NCBI GenBank assembly: GCA_963747715.1 | Contig: CAVVGB010000005.1 | Span: 111,808-175,807 of the forward strand | Source: an uncultured Actinomycetes bacterium | Lineage (GTDB): Bacteria; Actinomycetota; Thermoleophilia; Gaiellales; Gaiellaceae | Length of the DNA: 64,000 nt | Direction of reading: 5' to 3' | In this document: piece by piece, positions 37,156-47,671 of the stretch | Layout: the number at the start of each line of letters is the position of its first letter | Numbering within the stretch: position 1 is the stretch's first letter | Position numbers and translations under genes: made by a program | The notes under the pieces: model-generated | What the model was told of the DNA's origin: nothing | The model's input: only the letters and a program-made list of their open reading frames with translations | Databases searched by the model: none

Positions 37156-38412
37156 ATGGCCGAGACGGTCTACGAAGCCGTTCCCGAGGTGCAGCCGGCC
37201 GCGGCGCCGCCGAGCACCGGGACCCTCGTGATGAAGTTCGGCGGCACCTCGGTCGCCGACTCCGAGAAGATCCGCCGCGTCGCCGAGCGCCTCGTCGCCG
37301 CGAAGAAAGCCGGCACGCGCGTCGTCGGAGTCGTATCGGCGATGGGACAGCACACCGACGAGCTCGTGGCCCTCGCTCACGAGGTCTCCCCCCGGCCCAA
37401 GCCGCGCGAGCTCGACATGCTCATCTCAGTCGGCGAGCGCATCTCCTGCGCGCTCGTCGCGATGGCCATCTCGGATCTCGACCAGGACGCCATCTCGCTG
37501 ACCGGATCGCAGGCGGGGATCGTGACCGACACGGTGCACGGCAAGGCGAAGATCGTCGAGGTGCGCGCGCGCCGCATCCACGAGGCGCTCGACGACGAGA
37601 AGATCGTGCTCGTGGCCGGCTTCCAGGGCGTCTCGACGGATTACGACATCACAACGCTTGGCCGTGGCGGGTCAGACACGACCGCGGTTGCCCTCGCGGC
37701 GGCTCTCGGAGCGGACGCCTGTGAGATCTACACCGACGTCGACGGCGTCTTCACAGCGGATCCTCGCATCGTGCCCGGCGCGCGCAAGCTGCATGCCGTC
37801 AGCTACGAGGAGATGCTCGAGATGTCGGCCTCTGGCGCGCGGGTCCTTTCGCTACGCTCGGTCGAATTCGCCCGCAACCACGGTGTCAAGCTTCACGTCC
37901 GCTCGACATTCACCGACGACGACGGCACGTGGATCAGGGAGGAGGACGAGCGCATGCTGGAAAAAGCGATGATCTCCGGCGTCACGCACACGCTCGAGGA
38001 GGCGGTGTACGAGGTCAAGGACGCCGATCGCGCCGACCTCTTCGGAGCTCTCGCCGACGCGGCCGTCAACGTCGACACGATCGTCGAGACGAGCCGCGAG
38101 ATCGTCTTCTCCGCGCCCACCGAAGACCGCACCGAGACGACCGCAGCGCTCGAACGCCTCGGTGCTCAGTGGTCGGCCCGTGAGGGGCTCGGCAAGGTGA
38201 GCCTGATCGGCGCCGGCATGAAGAGCCACCCGGGGATCGCCGCGCGGACGTTCGCGGCGCTGCGCGAGCTCGGCGTCGAGCCTCAGCTCGTGGCCACCTC
38301 GCCCATCAAGATCGCCTTCTACGTTCCCCAAGGGGACGTCGAGCGCACGGTCAAGGCGCTGCACGAGGCGTTTGAGCTCTCCTCGGCAAGCGCGGAGCGA
38401 CAGCACGCGTGA
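37156..38412 (+). CDS. ask: aspartate kinase
   Basis: 418 aa with KFGGTSV and C-terminal ACT domains. The 5' start is uncertain: 37156 ATG or the GTG/ATG at ..LVMKFGG. Confidence 0.9.
   Translation: MAETVYEAVPEVQPAAAPPSTGTLVMKFGGTSVADSEKIRRVAERLVAAKKAGTRVVGVVSAMGQHTDELVALAHEVSPRPKPRELDMLISVGERISCALVAMAISDLDQDAISLTGSQAGIVTDTVHGKAKIVEVRARRIHEALDDEKIVLVAGFQGVSTDYDITTLGRGGSDTTAVALAAALGADACEIYTDVDGVFTADPRIVPGARKLHAVSYEEMLEMSASGARVLSLRSVEFARNHGVKLHVRSTFTDDDGTWIREEDERMLEKAMISGVTHTLEEAVYEVKDADRADLFGALADAAVNVDTIVETSREIVFSAPTEDRTETTAALERLGAQWSAREGLGKVSLIGAGMKSHPGIAARTFAALRELGVEPQLVATSPIKIAFYVPQGDVERTVKALHEAFELSSASAERQHA
37954..38412 (+). CDS. candidate in-frame aspartate kinase beta subunit (internal start)
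   Basis: In-frame ATG at 37954 preceded by GGGAGGAGGA, 8 nt upstream. Overlapping alpha and beta subunits are established for Bacillus and Corynebacterium lysC. Confidence 0.4.
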   Translation: MLEKAMISGVTHTLEEAVYEVKDADRADLFGALADAAVNVDTIVETSREIVFSAPTEDRTETTAALERLGAQWSAREGLGKVSLIGAGMKSHPGIAARTFAALRELGVEPQLVATSPIKIAFYVPQGDVERTVKALHEAFELSSASAERQHA

Positions 38413-39383
38413 CGAGGATCGGCGTCATCGGCGCAACAGGCGCGGTCGGCACGGTGGCGCTCGAGCTCTTGGCCGAGCGCGGGTTCGACAACGTGCGCGC
38501 GTTCGCGTCCTCCCGCTCGGCGGGCCGGACGGTGCGCTACGGCGAGCGTGAGCTGGAGGTCGAGGAGGCAACCGCCGAAGCTCTCGGAGCCGGCGATCTC
38601 GATCTCTGCTTCTTCTCCGTGGGCACTGAGGCGAGCCGCGAGCTCATCCCGCAAGCCACGCGCGGCGGCGCCGTCTCGATCGATAAGTCCGACGCCTACC
38701 GGCTTGCGCAGGGTGTCCCTCTCGTAGTGGCCGGCGTCAACGACGACGCGCTCGACCACATTGAACTCCCACCACCCCACCCCCTGACCCCCGGAACCGG
38801 GATCGTTGCGAACCCGAACTGCTCCGCCATTCAGCTGGCCTGCGTGTTGAAGCCGATCGAGGATGCGGTCGGAATCGCACGGGTTCGCGTCGCCACCTAC
38901 CAGTCGGCTTCGGGCGCAGGCGACGCGGGGATCGAACGGCTGCGCGGCACGAGGGTGGACGAGACCGACCTGGCGATGGACTGGGACCTCGACGGCGACG
39001 AGTTCAGCGAGGAGGCGAAGATCCGCGCCGAGACGCGCAAGATCCTGTCGCTCCCCGAACTGCCGCTTCAGGCCAACTGCGTACGGGTGCCGGTCATGGT
39101 CGGGCACGCGCAGGCCGTGTGGGTGGAGACGAAGGAGCCCCTCGCGCCGGAACAGGCGCGCGACGTGCTCTCGGCGGCGCCGCACGTTCGGATCTCGGAG
39201 CTTGCGACGCCGCGTGATGCAGCCGGCGCCGACGACGTCCTCGTCGGACGCATTCGTCGCGACCCGACCGTCGAGAACGGCCTCCTCCTCTGGGCCGTGT
39301 GCGACAACCTGCGCAAGGGCGCAGCGCTGAACGCCGTCCAGATCGCCGAGCTTCTGCTGGCGCGGCGCCTGCTGGCCGCTTAA
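38409..39383 (+). CDS. asd: aspartate-semialdehyde dehydrogenase
   Basis: Its GTG overlaps the ask stop (GTGA). Carries GATGAVG, NPNCS and the remaining Asd pattern. Confidence 0.95.
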   Translation: MTRIGVIGATGAVGTVALELLAERGFDNVRAFASSRSAGRTVRYGERELEVEEATAEALGAGDLDLCFFSVGTEASRELIPQATRGGAVSIDKSDAYRLAQGVPLVVAGVNDDALDHIELPPPHPLTPGTGIVANPNCSAIQLACVLKPIEDAVGIARVRVATYQSASGAGDAGIERLRGTRVDETDLAMDWDLDGDEFSEEAKIRAETRKILSLPELPLQANCVRVPVMVGHAQAVWVETKEPLAPEQARDVLSAAPHVRISELATPRDAAGADDVLVGRIRRDPTVENGLLLWAVCDNLRKGAALNAVQIAELLLARRLLAA

Positions 39384-40003
39384 CCGAGCGGGCGCTCGGC
39401 CACCGGCGGCGGCGCCACGGCTTCCTTCACCCTGCGCCAGGCCTTTGCCGTCATCCCTTCCTCGATCGGCTGGAGGCCGCCGACCTCGAGGCGCGCGAGG
39501 GTGACGTTCCCTTCCCAACGCACCGGATAGAAACCGAAGTCGGCGAGGAAGTCGGAAGGGAAGATCGTCCGGTGGACGAGGAAGCGCTCGTACGCCGACT
39601 CGCCCTCGGGATAGCGGTACCCGAACGTCTCCACCGCCTTCGCGCCCTTGTCCTTCGCATCGCCGATGGCGGAGAGGAAGAGGCTCTGCATCACCCACGG
39701 CGAGGAGACGTCGACCAGGTACGCGCACGCGATGAGCACCGCGTCCGAGGACGGCGGGCCGGCCGGTAGCTCGAAGGCGCGCGGGAAGTGCCCGGACGGC
39801 GCGAACTGGATGAAGCCGAGCAGACGGTCGCCGTCGCCGAAGTAGAAGGCGCCCCACGCGCCGTAGTCGTCCTCGACCCGCTGCGCCCACCGTCCTTTGG
39901 CCGCCGAGCGGTCCCCGCGCGACTGCCAGAAGACGCAGTCCACGCACGGATCGGGCGCCTGCGTGATCGAGGCCGCCGTGACGGGGTGCAGGCGGTACGC
40001 CAT
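39380..40003 (-). CDS. conserved hypothetical protein (possible GNAT-fold)
   Basis: 207-aa ORF with good GC3. The fold assignment is only a guess. Confidence 0.5.
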   Translation of the reverse strand: MAYRLHPVTAASITQAPDPCVDCVFWQSRGDRSAAKGRWAQRVEDDYGAWGAFYFGDGDRLLGFIQFAPSGHFPRAFELPAGPPSSDAVLIACAYLVDVSSPWVMQSLFLSAIGDAKDKGAKAVETFGYRYPEGESAYERFLVHRTIFPSDFLADFGFYPVRWEGNVTLARLEVGGLQPIEEGMTAKAWRRVKEAVAPPPVAERPLG

Positions 40004-40018
40004 CGGGCCCTCGGAAAG

Positions 40019-40195
40019 CTACTCGCCCCGGGCCCGGGCGAGATCCTCGCGGAGGCGCTCCCGAGCCTCCTCGAGCTCCCGACGAAGGCGCTCGGCCCGC
40101 TCGGGGTCAGCTGGAGGCTTGCGGCGAAGCCGACGGGTCAGCAAGGCCGCTCCAGAAGCGGCTCCCAGGCCCATGGCCGCCAATCTGCGCCTCAT
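40019..40195 (-). CDS. possible small protein (58 aa; N-terminal hydrophobic segment plus charged helix)
   Basis: Not in the track because it is under 60 aa. MRRRLAAMGLGAASGAALLTRRLRRKPPADPERAERLRRELEEARERLREDLARARGE. No SD seen. Confidence 0.3.
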   Translation of the reverse strand: MRRRLAAMGLGAASGAALLTRRLRRKPPADPERAERLRRELEEARERLREDLARARGE

Positions 40196-40267
40196 CCAGC
40201 CACGATTGTAAGAAAGGAGCGCAAGTTTTTCGGCTGGTGGGGGTCTTATCTAGTGGAGGGGCATTCC

Positions 40268-40293
40268 GGCCCGGCTTCCACGGAAGCCGGGCC
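40268..40293 (-). terminator. hairpin after the sdh operon
   Basis: 12-bp palindrome GGCCCGGCTTCC-AC-GGAAGCCGGGCC, 8 nt past the stop at 40301. No T tract. Confidence 0.5.
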
Positions 40294-40300
40294 GCGTCCT

Positions 40301-41185
40301 TTAAGGGGCCTGGAGCTTTTCGAGGACGGGCGTCACCGGTACGACGTGGCGCTTGAAGCGAAGCTCAGAGTCCTCGAGCCCGGCCGCCACTCCGATCAGC
40401 TGCGACAGGTGGAGGATCGGGATCCCGTAGCGCTTGCGCTTCGACGCCTCGAGCTTCTGCTGCCAGGCGTCCAGTGAAAGGTGGCAGAGCGGGCACGGCG
40501 TGACCATCGCGTCCGCTCCCGCCTCGATGGACTGCTCGATCGGCTGGATCAGCTCGCCGAGCGCGGTCTCCTCGCGCGCCTGGATGATCGGAAAGCCGCA
40601 GCACTTGATCTTGGCCGGATAGTCGACGGGCTCGCCCCCGCACGCGTCGATGATCGCCTCGAGCGACCACGGCCGGTCCGGGTCCTCGAAGCCGAGGAGC
40701 TTCGAGGGGCGCAGGATCTGGCAGCCGTAGAACGGCGCGACGCGGAGACCCTTGAGCCCCTTGTGCGCCACCTCGCGGAGCTTCTCGAGGCCGTCGCCGT
40801 CGGCGATCAGCCAGAGGAGGTGCTTCACCTCGACACCGCCCGAGTACCGCGGGGCGCCGACGCGCTCGAGGTTGTCGCTCACGCGCTCGCGCAGCGCGTC
40901 GTCGTTCTGGATCTGGAAGTTCGCCTGGCGCAGGTTGAGCGTGCAGACGTTGCAGATCGTCATGAGCGTGTCGCAGCCGGTCGCCTCCGCGTACGCGAGG
41001 ATGCGCGCGTTCAGGTGCAGGTAGTAGTCGGGCTCGGCTTCGTGGATGTCGCCTGCGCCGCAACACGTGACCGACTCGAGCTCCTCGAGCTCGATGCCGA
41101 GCTTGGGCGCGAGCGCCTGCGTCGACGTGTCGAGCTCCTTCGCCGACAGCGAGGCGAGACAGCCCTTGTAGTACGCGACCCTCAC
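40301..41185 (-). CDS. HdrB-like CCG-domain subunit of non-classical succinate dehydrogenase/fumarate reductase (SdhE-type)
   Basis: Two CCG domains. The first counts as C9-X31-C41C42G-X34-C78-X2-C81. The second is YGC...KCCG...PCPLC. Confidence 0.85.
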   Translation of the reverse strand: MRVAYYKGCLASLSAKELDTSTQALAPKLGIELEELESVTCCGAGDIHEAEPDYYLHLNARILAYAEATGCDTLMTICNVCTLNLRQANFQIQNDDALRERVSDNLERVGAPRYSGGVEVKHLLWLIADGDGLEKLREVAHKGLKGLRVAPFYGCQILRPSKLLGFEDPDRPWSLEAIIDACGGEPVDYPAKIKCCGFPIIQAREETALGELIQPIEQSIEAGADAMVTPCPLCHLSLDAWQQKLEASKRKRYGIPILHLSQLIGVAAGLEDSELRFKRHVVPVTPVLEKLQAP

Positions 41186-41186
41186 G

Positions 41187-42272
41187 TCAACCCTCCGCCT
41201 GCACCGGACGCTCGCCCGGCGTCACCTCGGGCGCAACGCGGCTCGCCGGAGCCTCATCGGGCGACGTCTCCAAATCGACGCGCGCGAGGGCGCGCTCGCC
41301 CTGCACGATCCCGGCCGCCCCGTCGCGTCCTTGCGACTTCACGACCTCGAGCAGCGCGCGCGCTTCCTGGACGTCCTTCGCCACGTGCGGCGGGATGGGA
41401 AGCGGCACCTTGCCGCGCCTGAAGAGCGACATGGCGAAGCGCGTCTCCTTGAGTGCGGAGACGACGCCCTGCGTCTTCGGCACGAGCTCCGTCTCGCGCA
41501 GCCAACCGGTCGTCTTGGCCGAGTGGACGAACCAGTTGGCGTGCTTCGCCCCCATGTCGTGGTCGATACCCTCACTGATCGACTCGGCGCCGAGCTTCGC
41601 GATGGCGTCCCGCGGGTCGACGCCCTTCGGGCAGCGCTCGTTGCAGAAGTAGCACCTCGTGCAGTCCCAGATCCCGTGCTCGCTGTTATATGAGACGAGC
41701 CGCTCGACCTTGGAGCGGTCGCGAGGGTCGCCGACGAAGCGGAAGCCCTTGGCGAGCGCCGCGGGCCCGAGGAACTCCGGATCGGACTCCATCGAGTTGC
41801 ACTCCGAGACGCAGCAGCCGCACATGATGCAGAGCGACTCCTTATGGATCGGGTTCATCTCTTCCTGGGAGTGGCGGAACTCGCCGGCCGCCGGGTACTC
41901 CTCGTAGCCCGGGTCGAGCCACGGCTTCATGGCGCGGATCTTCGTCCAGAACGGGGTCATGTCCACGACCAGGTCCTTGACGACCGGCATGTTCCCCATC
42001 GCCGAGATGACGGGGACGTGACCGCTCTCGACGATCGGCAGCATGCGCTCCTTGCACGCGAGAATGGCGCGACCGTCCATGCGCATGCCGCAGGAGCCGC
42101 AGATCATCATGCGGCAGCTCTTGCGGTAGGCGAGCGTGCCGTCCACCTGGTCCTTGATGAGGTCGAGCACGTCCAGGAGGCACGCCCACTCGGGCGCCTC
42201 GACGTCGTAGCGCTCGAGCACCTTCTCGCCGGTGGCCGGGTCGAAGCGCCAGATCTTCAGGGAGACGTCCAT
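41187..42272 (-). CDS. sdhB: succinate dehydrogenase/fumarate reductase iron-sulfur subunit (long C-terminal extension)
   Basis: 2Fe-2S CRMMICGSCGM, 4Fe-4S CIMCGCCVSEC and 3Fe/4Fe CTRCYFCNERCP. 361 aa. Confidence 0.9.
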   Translation of the reverse strand: MDVSLKIWRFDPATGEKVLERYDVEAPEWACLLDVLDLIKDQVDGTLAYRKSCRMMICGSCGMRMDGRAILACKERMLPIVESGHVPVISAMGNMPVVKDLVVDMTPFWTKIRAMKPWLDPGYEEYPAAGEFRHSQEEMNPIHKESLCIMCGCCVSECNSMESDPEFLGPAALAKGFRFVGDPRDRSKVERLVSYNSEHGIWDCTRCYFCNERCPKGVDPRDAIAKLGAESISEGIDHDMGAKHANWFVHSAKTTGWLRETELVPKTQGVVSALKETRFAMSLFRRGKVPLPIPPHVAKDVQEARALLEVVKSQGRDGAAGIVQGERALARVDLETSPDEAPASRVAPEVTPGERPVQAEG

Positions 42273-43117
42273 CAGCCGCCGAGGCCAAGCTTTTGCAGGT
42301 CGATGACCTCGTCATCAGGCGGCGGCTCCACGTCCACCTCGGCCCCGAAGTCGTACATCTCCATCGTCAGTGCCATCGTCGTCTCCTCGCCGTCCTGGTC
42401 GGCAGGCAAGGGCTGCTCGTATTTCATCCGCCGCGTCAAGCCGTCGCCGTCGATCCACACCTCGAACGGCATCGTCGGCTCGCCGGTCAGCTCGAGCACG
42501 CGCTCGAGCTCGTCCCGCGAGTCGGCGGGAATCTGCTCCAGAGCTTTCCGGAGGTCGACGGTGCCGCGGTAGTGGGTCGTCTCGACGCCGCGAACCTTCT
42601 CCGAGCCCAGCCGCTCGAAATCGTCACTCGCGCCGAGGAGGTACTTCAGCGTTTGTGTCGGGTCCGCTTGCTGGATCTGCCTCAGTTCCTCGAAGTCGAC
42701 GCCGAGCTCCTCGCCGGCCACCGCGAGGTCGAGGCGGATCCATTCTTTCCCGCCGGGAAGCGCCGAGGTGATCTGGGAGGGGAGCTTCATGTAGATGACC
42801 AACCCGTCCATGACCAACTCCATCTCGCCGCCGAATGCCCCTCCGGTAGCGGCGCCAAGCTCGGACATGTCGAGGGTCATGCGGGCCTGTCGGCCCGTGT
42901 ACTCGCCCTCGGCGCTGACCGTTACCGGTCCGCCCGCCACTCCATTCACGGTTCCGGTGAAGCTGACGCGTGCGCTGCCCGCGTCGGCCGTCTTGGTGGC
43001 AGCGCCCGCCACCGCCGCTTGCGGAGACACCACCTCGGCCACATCCTCGGACCCACAGCCGGCGAGACCGAGCGCGGCCAGCGAGAACGTGACGAGCAGG
43101 GCGATGGTTCGGCTCAC
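42272..43117 (-). CDS. lipoprotein (LolA/LppX-like pattern) embedded in the sdh operon
   Basis: Its GTG at 43117 shares a base with the sdhA stop (TAGTG). Its stop shares a base with the sdhB ATG (TGATG). Lipobox LGLAGC. Confidence 0.75.
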   Translation of the reverse strand: MSRTIALLVTFSLAALGLAGCGSEDVAEVVSPQAAVAGAATKTADAGSARVSFTGTVNGVAGGPVTVSAEGEYTGRQARMTLDMSELGAATGGAFGGEMELVMDGLVIYMKLPSQITSALPGGKEWIRLDLAVAGEELGVDFEELRQIQQADPTQTLKYLLGASDDFERLGSEKVRGVETTHYRGTVDLRKALEQIPADSRDELERVLELTGEPTMPFEVWIDGDGLTRRMKYEQPLPADQDGEETTMALTMEMYDFGAEVDVEPPPDDEVIDLQKLGLGG

Positions 43118-44800
43118 TAGTACTTCCTTTCCTCGGGCTGCCATTTGGTCATGCGGACCGGCTCCCAGGCGAGCTGCGGTCGGTCGTTCGCCCAGGATAC
43201 GAGCGTATGCTTTAGGAAGTTATCGTCGTCGCGGTCCGGGTAGTCGTGAGGGCGGGCGTGCGCCCCGCGACTCTCCCGCCGCGCCAGACCGGCCTCGACC
43301 ATGCAGGCGGCCAGCTCGAGCAGGAAGCCGAGCTCGAGCGCCTGCGTGAGGTCGTTGTTGAAGACCGTCCCTTTGTCCTCGACGACGACGCGGCTCGTAG
43401 CGCTGCCGGAGGCTGTCGATGATCTCGCCCTGCCGGCGCATCTGGTCCTCGCGACGGAAGACGCCGAAGTTCTCGTGCATCGTCGTGGCCATCTCGTCGC
43501 GGATGGCGTGCGGGCGCTCGCCTTCCGTGCGGTCGAGCAGCCGGTCAAGCTCGCGCTCGGCGTCGGAGACCATCGTCTCCGGAACGGTCACGGTCGTATG
43601 CGTCAGCGCGTACTCCGCAGCGGCCGCGCCGGCGCGCTTCCCGAACGTGATCGTCTCCATGAGCGCGTTCCCGCCGAGCCGGTTGGCTCCGTGCACCGAC
43701 ACGCACGCGACCTCGCCGGCGGCGTAGAGGCCCTCAAGGGACGTCGCCCCCCAGAGATCCGTGTCGACGCCGCCCATGTGGTAGTGCGCGCCCGGCCGGA
43801 CGGGGATCGGCTCGTGGATCGGGTCGACGCCGGCGAAGACCATCGAGAGCTCGCGCGTCCCATGGAGGCGCTCGACGATGCGCTCGGCGCCCAGGTGGCG
43901 GAGGTCGAGGAGCACGTTGCCGTCGACGCCGCGGCCCTCGTCGATCTCCGTCTGCTCGGCCCGCGAGATGACGTCGCGGCTCGCGAGCTCCATCGCGTTC
44001 GGCGCGTACTTCTGCAGAAAGCGGTCGCCGTCCGCGTTCAGGAGGTAGGCGCCCTCACCGCGGCAGCCCTCGGTGATGAGGACCCCGGTGGGCGCGAGGG
44101 TCGTCGGGTGGAACTGCATCATCTCCATGTCCTTGAGCGGAACGCCGATGCGAAGCGCCATCGCCATCCCGTCCCCCGTGCACGCGTAGGCGTTGGTGGT
44201 CCCGGTGTAGAGCCGTCCGGCGCCGCCGGTCGCAAGGATCACGGTCTTGGCGCCGATCGTGCGCAGGCCCCCGTTCAAGAGGTCCCAGCAGATGACGCCC
44301 TGGCAGCGTCCTTCGTCCTCGACGAGCAGCCAGGCGAAGTACTCCTCGTACACGCGCAGGTCGCGCTTCATCACCTGTTCGTAGAGAACGTGGATCAGCA
44401 CGTGGCCGGTGATGTCGGCGGCGTACGCGGTGCGCGGCTCGCCCGCCGCACCGAACGGCCGCTGCGCGATGCGCCCATCGTCGGTTCGCGAAAAGACGGC
44501 GCCCCAGTGCTCGAGCTGGTACACGTCCTCCGGCGCTTCGTCGCAGAGGACCTGGATCGCGTCCTGGTCGCCGAGGTAATCCGAGCCCTTGACGGTGTCG
44601 AAGGCGTGCTTCTCCGGGTCGTCTTCGGACGCGTTGCCGAGCGCCGCGTTGATGCCGCCTTCGGCCGCCCCGGAGTGGCTGCGAACGGGATGAATCTTGG
44701 AGATCAGGGCGACGTCCGCGCCCGTGTCGTGAGCCTCGATGGCCGCACGCATGCCGGCACAGCCGGCACCGACGATGAGCACGTCGTGCTGGGCTTCCAC
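43117..44800 (-). pseudogene. sdhA: succinate dehydrogenase/fumarate reductase flavoprotein subunit, one frameshift
   Basis: GTG at 44800 gives (M)EAQHDVLIVGAGCAG. The main body is in ORF 43220..45043. The C-terminus ..ESRGAHAR.DYPDRDD.. is in ORF 43117..43548. The junction lies near 43385-43405, and the length is 3n+1. Confidence 0.9.
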
Positions 44801-44867
44801 TGAAAGGGACGCTATCTGAACCGCGTGAGGGATTGCGCAGACGACGCCGGGGTAAGATCCTGCGGTC

Positions 44868-46404
44868 GTGGCGAAGATGGCTTTCAGGCTGCCGAAGGCA
44901 GCCCGCGTGATCGAAAACCCGAGCTCCGACGAGGTGAAGGAGCTCGCTGCGCGCATGCCGAACGCGAGCAAGACCCGCCACGGCAACGTCAACGTCCAGA
45001 CGGAAGTGGTCGCGCGCTCGAAGGGCTCGACGTTCCTCGTCACGGACGAGCCGGACGGGACGCACCAGGCGATCTCGCGCGATGAGGCGGAGAGGTGGGC
45101 GGAGGCCCAGGACGCCTACATCGCCGGCCAGCAGATGGTGCAGATCGACGGCTGGATCGGAACGGATCCGGACTTCCGCGTGCCGGCGCGCCTGTACATC
45201 GAGGCGGCCAACGCCAACATCGCCGGCATGCAGCAGCAGCTCTACTTCCACACCGACGACCCCGAGCACGAGCCCGAGCTGACCGTGATCTACACCCCGA
45301 ATCTGAAGGCCGAGGGCTACCCGGACGACCGGCTCATCAGCGTCGATCTCGACCTCGGCGTCACGCGCATCTTCAACTCGGACTACTTCGGTGAGTCGAA
45401 GAAGGGCGGCCTGCGGATGTGGAACAAGCTCGTCTACGACCGCGGCGGGCTGCCCTCTCCACGCCGGCTGCAAGGTGATCCCGACCCAGCGTGGACGGCG
45501 CGTCGGCCTGATCGTCGGCCTGTCGGGCACCGGCAAGACGACGACGACTTTCACGCGCCAGAACAACTCACTCCCCGTCCAGGACGATTTCGTAGCGTGG
45601 ATGCAGGACGGCATCTACGTGACCGAGAACGGCTGCTTCGCGAAGACGTTCGGCCTCAACCCGGAAGACGAGCCGACCATCTACGGCGCGGTCACGCAGC
45701 CGGACTCGTACCTCGAGAACGTCTCGCAGAAGGGCAACGAGGTCGACTTCTACGACACGAGCTACACGCAGAACGGGCGCGCCACATTCCCGTTCTCGGT
45801 GATCGAGTCAGCGGCCACGATGGAGATCCCCGAGGCGCACTTTCTCCTCATCCTGAACAGGAACGAGGGGATCATCCCCGCCGTCGCGAAGCTCGAAGGA
45901 CCGCAAGCGGCCGCGTACTTCATGCTCGGCGAGACGCAGGGAACGAGCGCGGGCGGTGCGGACGAGGCGGGCAAGTTCCTGCGCGTGCCCGGCACGAACC
46001 CGTTCTTCCCGATGCCGCACGACCATCAGGGCAACCGCTTCCTGGAGCTGCTCGCCGACCACCCGCTCGAGGTCTACTTGATGAACACAGGGCGCGTGGG
46101 CGGGCCCGAGAACGACGAGCGCTCGCGCAAGGTGCGCATCAGCCACTCCTCCGCGATCGTCAAGGCGATCGCCGATGGCACAATCGAGTGGGAGTCGGAC
46201 CCTGACTTCGGATATCTGGTCGCCGCGCAGGTGCCGGGGATCGGTGGCGAGGACAGTGCCGTGCTCCGCCCGCGCGAGCTGTACGCGTCGCAGGGCCGCT
46301 CCGACGATTACGCCGGGGTCGTGCAGCGGCTGAAGAGCGAGCGGCGCGCGTTCCTCGAGGACTTCCCGAGTCTCTCGGAGGACATCGTCGCGGCCGTCGA
46401 CTAG
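44868..46404 (+). pseudogene. pckA: phosphoenolpyruvate carboxykinase (ATP)-like, one frameshift
   Basis: The N-terminal part is in ORF 44868..46205, up to ..LVYDRGGLP. The kinase motif GLSGTGKTT and the rest are in ORF 45391..46404. The junction lies at CTGCCCTCTCCAC near 45450-45462, and the length is 3n+1. Confidence 0.85.
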
Positions 46405-46432
46405 CACGTCTCTTCATGAACGCGCGCAGGCG

Positions 46433-47671
46433 GTGATTCCGGGCGGAGTGAATTCGCCCGTCCGCGCCATGCGCGCCGTCGGGCTCGACGAGCCGCTCTT
46501 CGTGCGGAGCGCAGCGGGCGCGTACCTGGAGACCGAGGACGGCCGGCGACTCGTCGACTGGGTGATGTCCTGGGGGCCGCTCGTGTTCGGTCATGCCGAC
46601 GCGGAGATCGTCGAAGCGGTTCAGGAGGCGGCGGCGCACGGAACGACGTTCGGCGCCTCGACGGAGCGCGAGGTGGAGCTCGCCGAGGAGATCGTGGATG
46701 CGGTCCCCTCCGTCGAGAAGGTGCGTCTCGTGTCCTCGGGCACCGAGGCGGCCATGAGCGCCGTGCGCTTGGCGCGCGGCGCGACTGGGCGCGACCTCGT
46801 CCTCAAGTTCGAGGGGTGCTACCACGGGCACGCGGACGCGCTCCTCGCGGCGGCGGGGTCGGGTGTCGCCACGCTGGGGATCCCGGCGAGCCCGGGGGTT
46901 CCGAAGGGCGCGACTGCCGACACGATCGTGGTGCCGTTCAACGACGTCGAGGCCGTGAGCGCCACGGTCGAGCGCCACGGCGCCGAGCTGGCCTGCGTGA
47001 TCGTCGAGCCCGTCGCGGCCAACATGGGAGTCGTTCCGCCCGAGCCGGGGTTCCTCGAGAGCTTGCGCTCGCTCACGAACCGCTGCGGCGCGCTCCTCGT
47101 CTTCGACGAGGTCGTGACGGGCTTTCGTCTGGCGCGGGGCGGCACGCAGGAGCGCTTCGGCGTCTTCCCCGACCTGACGGTGCTCGGGAAGATCGCCGGG
47201 GGCGGGCTTCCGCTCGCTGCGTTCGGCGGGCGGGCGGACGTGATGGACGAGCTCGCGCCGGCGGGGTCCGTCTACCAGGCCGGAACGCTGTCGGGCAATC
47301 CCCTCGCAACGGCGGCGGCGCTCGTCGTCCTGCGGCGGCTGCGCGACGCGGACGTCTACGGAGAGCTCGAGGCGAGCGCGACCGCGTTGGCCGAGGGCTT
47401 GCGCGAAGTGCTGGGCGCTGACGTCGCGGTGCAGCAGGTCGGCTCGATGCTCACCGTGTTCTTCCGTGCGGGGCGCGTGCGGGATTTCGCGGACGCGAAG
47501 GAGTGCGACACCGCCGCATACGCGGCGTTCTTTCGCCGGCTACTCGACCACGGCGTCTACGTGGCGCCGTCGCAATTCGAGGCGATGTTCGTCGCCACCG
47601 CGCACGGCGAGGATGAGATCGCTCAGACGGTCGAGGCGGCGCGCGGCTTGAACTCCTCGACGGCCGCCTGA
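46433..47671 (+). CDS. hemL: glutamate-1-semialdehyde 2,1-aminomutase
   Basis: 412 aa with IPGGVNSPVRA and the PLP lysine region. The start is uncertain: GTG 46433, or an out-of-frame ATG at 46416 that would give MNAR.AVIPGG if one base is missing. Confidence 0.93.
   Translation: MIPGGVNSPVRAMRAVGLDEPLFVRSAAGAYLETEDGRRLVDWVMSWGPLVFGHADAEIVEAVQEAAAHGTTFGASTEREVELAEEIVDAVPSVEKVRLVSSGTEAAMSAVRLARGATGRDLVLKFEGCYHGHADALLAAAGSGVATLGIPASPGVPKGATADTIVVPFNDVEAVSATVERHGAELACVIVEPVAANMGVVPPEPGFLESLRSLTNRCGALLVFDEVVTGFRLARGGTQERFGVFPDLTVLGKIAGGGLPLAAFGGRADVMDELAPAGSVYQAGTLSGNPLATAAALVVLRRLRDADVYGELEASATALAEGLREVLGADVAVQQVGSMLTVFFRAGRVRDFADAKECDTAAYAAFFRRLLDHGVYVAPSQFEAMFVATAHGEDEIAQTVEAARGLNSSTAA

Noticed and set aside
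38754-38800. Pro-rich segment of about 15 aa ([15 protein letters not shown]) in Asd just before the NPNCS active-site motif. It has atypical A/T-ending codons.
   Set aside because: It could be a lineage-specific loop or a pair of compensating indels. The other two frames contain stops here, so I cannot reconstruct an alternative. It is noted only as a place to check in the reads.
46405-46435. An ATG at 46416 would give MNAR.AVIPGGVNSP, a typical HemL N-terminus, but it is out of frame with the gene.
   Set aside because: This would require one more missing base. The GTG at 46433 is an adequate start, so hemL was kept as an intact CDS with an uncertain 5' end.
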